This document shows positions 63,352 to 64,000 of a stretch of DNA of 64,000 nt, piece after piece; position 1 is the stretch's first letter; every line of letters starts with the position of its first letter. This stretch comes from Camelus ferus. Taxonomy: Eukaryota. The notes below the pieces were generated by a model. The model searched no databases. It had not been told where the DNA came from and saw nothing but the letters and a program-made list of their open reading frames with translations. Location of the stretch: NCBI RefSeq assembly GCF_009834535.1, contig NC_045697.1:108316001-108380000 (forward strand). The letters run 5' to 3'. The position numbers were made by a program, and so were the translations under genes.

Positions 63352-63742
63352 CTAGAGCAGCCAACGTTTACTGAGGACAGAGTACGTGCCAGGCCCCAGT
63401 CTAGGTACTTTTACACGTACAACCTCTTTGTTCCTCAGAGTAGCCCTGAATTGTATGTATCATCATTATCCCCATTTTAGAGATGAAAAAACAGTGATAA
63501 AGGGAAGGTAAGCAATTTACCATAAGATTACAAAGCTCGCCACAGGAACTATGGCTAGTATTTTATAATAACTTCAAATGGAGTATAAGCTATAAAAGTA
63601 TTGAATCACAATTTGCACACTTGAAACTAATATAATATTGTAAGTCAACTGTACTTTAATTAAAAAAAAAAAGATTACAAAACAAGCAAATGATGGGTCT
63701 TGGTTTCAAACCCAGAAGTCTGACTTCAGAGCCCTACTCACA
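63352..63742 (-). mobile_element. MIR SINE split by an L1 insertion
   Basis: gtgccaggccccagtctagg...cattatccccattttagagatgaaaaaac [L1] ggtttcaaacccagaagtctgacttcagagcc. Confidence 0.85.
63537..63670 (+). mobile_element. Short L1 3' end with TSD
   Basis: cacaggaactat...ttgaatcac...tgaaactaatataatattgtaagtcaactgtactttaattaaaaa; TSD aagattacaaa (63524-63534 and 63671-63681). Confidence 0.9.
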
Positions 63743-64000
63743 TCATTGATTGCCAATTATTGACTCTGAGCTCGCTGGGTAGTGAGTGTAGGCCAGGGAA
63801 GGTTCCAGCGTGATGAAGGACAGCAGGGAGCACTGGCCCCTTCTCAGGGAGTTACAGGAGACTCCTAGAAGGAGGGGAGCCTAAGCTGACACTGAAGAGG
63901 AATTGGAGGTGAGCTGGCAAGGAGGTGAGGAGTGAGGAGAAGACACGCTGTGAGGTAGGGAAGCAAGGCGGGTTCTATAGGAGACCTGGGGCGTGGGGGC

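Noticed and set aside
1..64000. CRISPR array, operon or other prokaryotic/phage system
   Set aside because: No regularly spaced repeats or dense coding; repeat content is clearly mammalian
1..64000. Strand enrichment of GTAAGT donor motifs
   Set aside because: By eye, roughly equal numbers on both strands, many inside repeats

Overview
Mammalian non-coding genomic DNA (intergenic or deep intronic), most likely camelid. The evidence for camelid origin is a tRNA-derived Vic-1-type SINE, cetartiodactyl-type L1 3' ends, and no Alu, Bov-tA or PRE1 elements that I could see. I can support no protein-coding gene, RNA gene or CRISPR array. The ORF track is explained by chance ORFs, microsatellites and decayed L1 ORF2. 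The window is dominated by transposable-element fossils: a ~6.7 kb degenerate old L1 on the minus strand, several 5'-truncated younger L1 3' ends with target-site duplications (TSDs), MIR and L2 copies, many MaLR/ERVL solo LTRs, and hAT DNA transposons (MER20, MER33, MER5). Family names come from recall of consensus sequences and need RepeatMasker/Dfam confirmation; most repeat boundaries are approximate. I found no new biological system. The most notable observations are: (1) a ~110-bp inverted copy of nearby DNA inserted into an MLT1 LTR, (2) two smaller template-switch-like hairpins inside L1 copies, (3) a very ancient L2/CR1-clade reverse-transcriptase relic with a readable YADD motif, (4) an L1 copy that appears prematurely polyadenylated, and (5) a few candidate exons and regulatory clusters.
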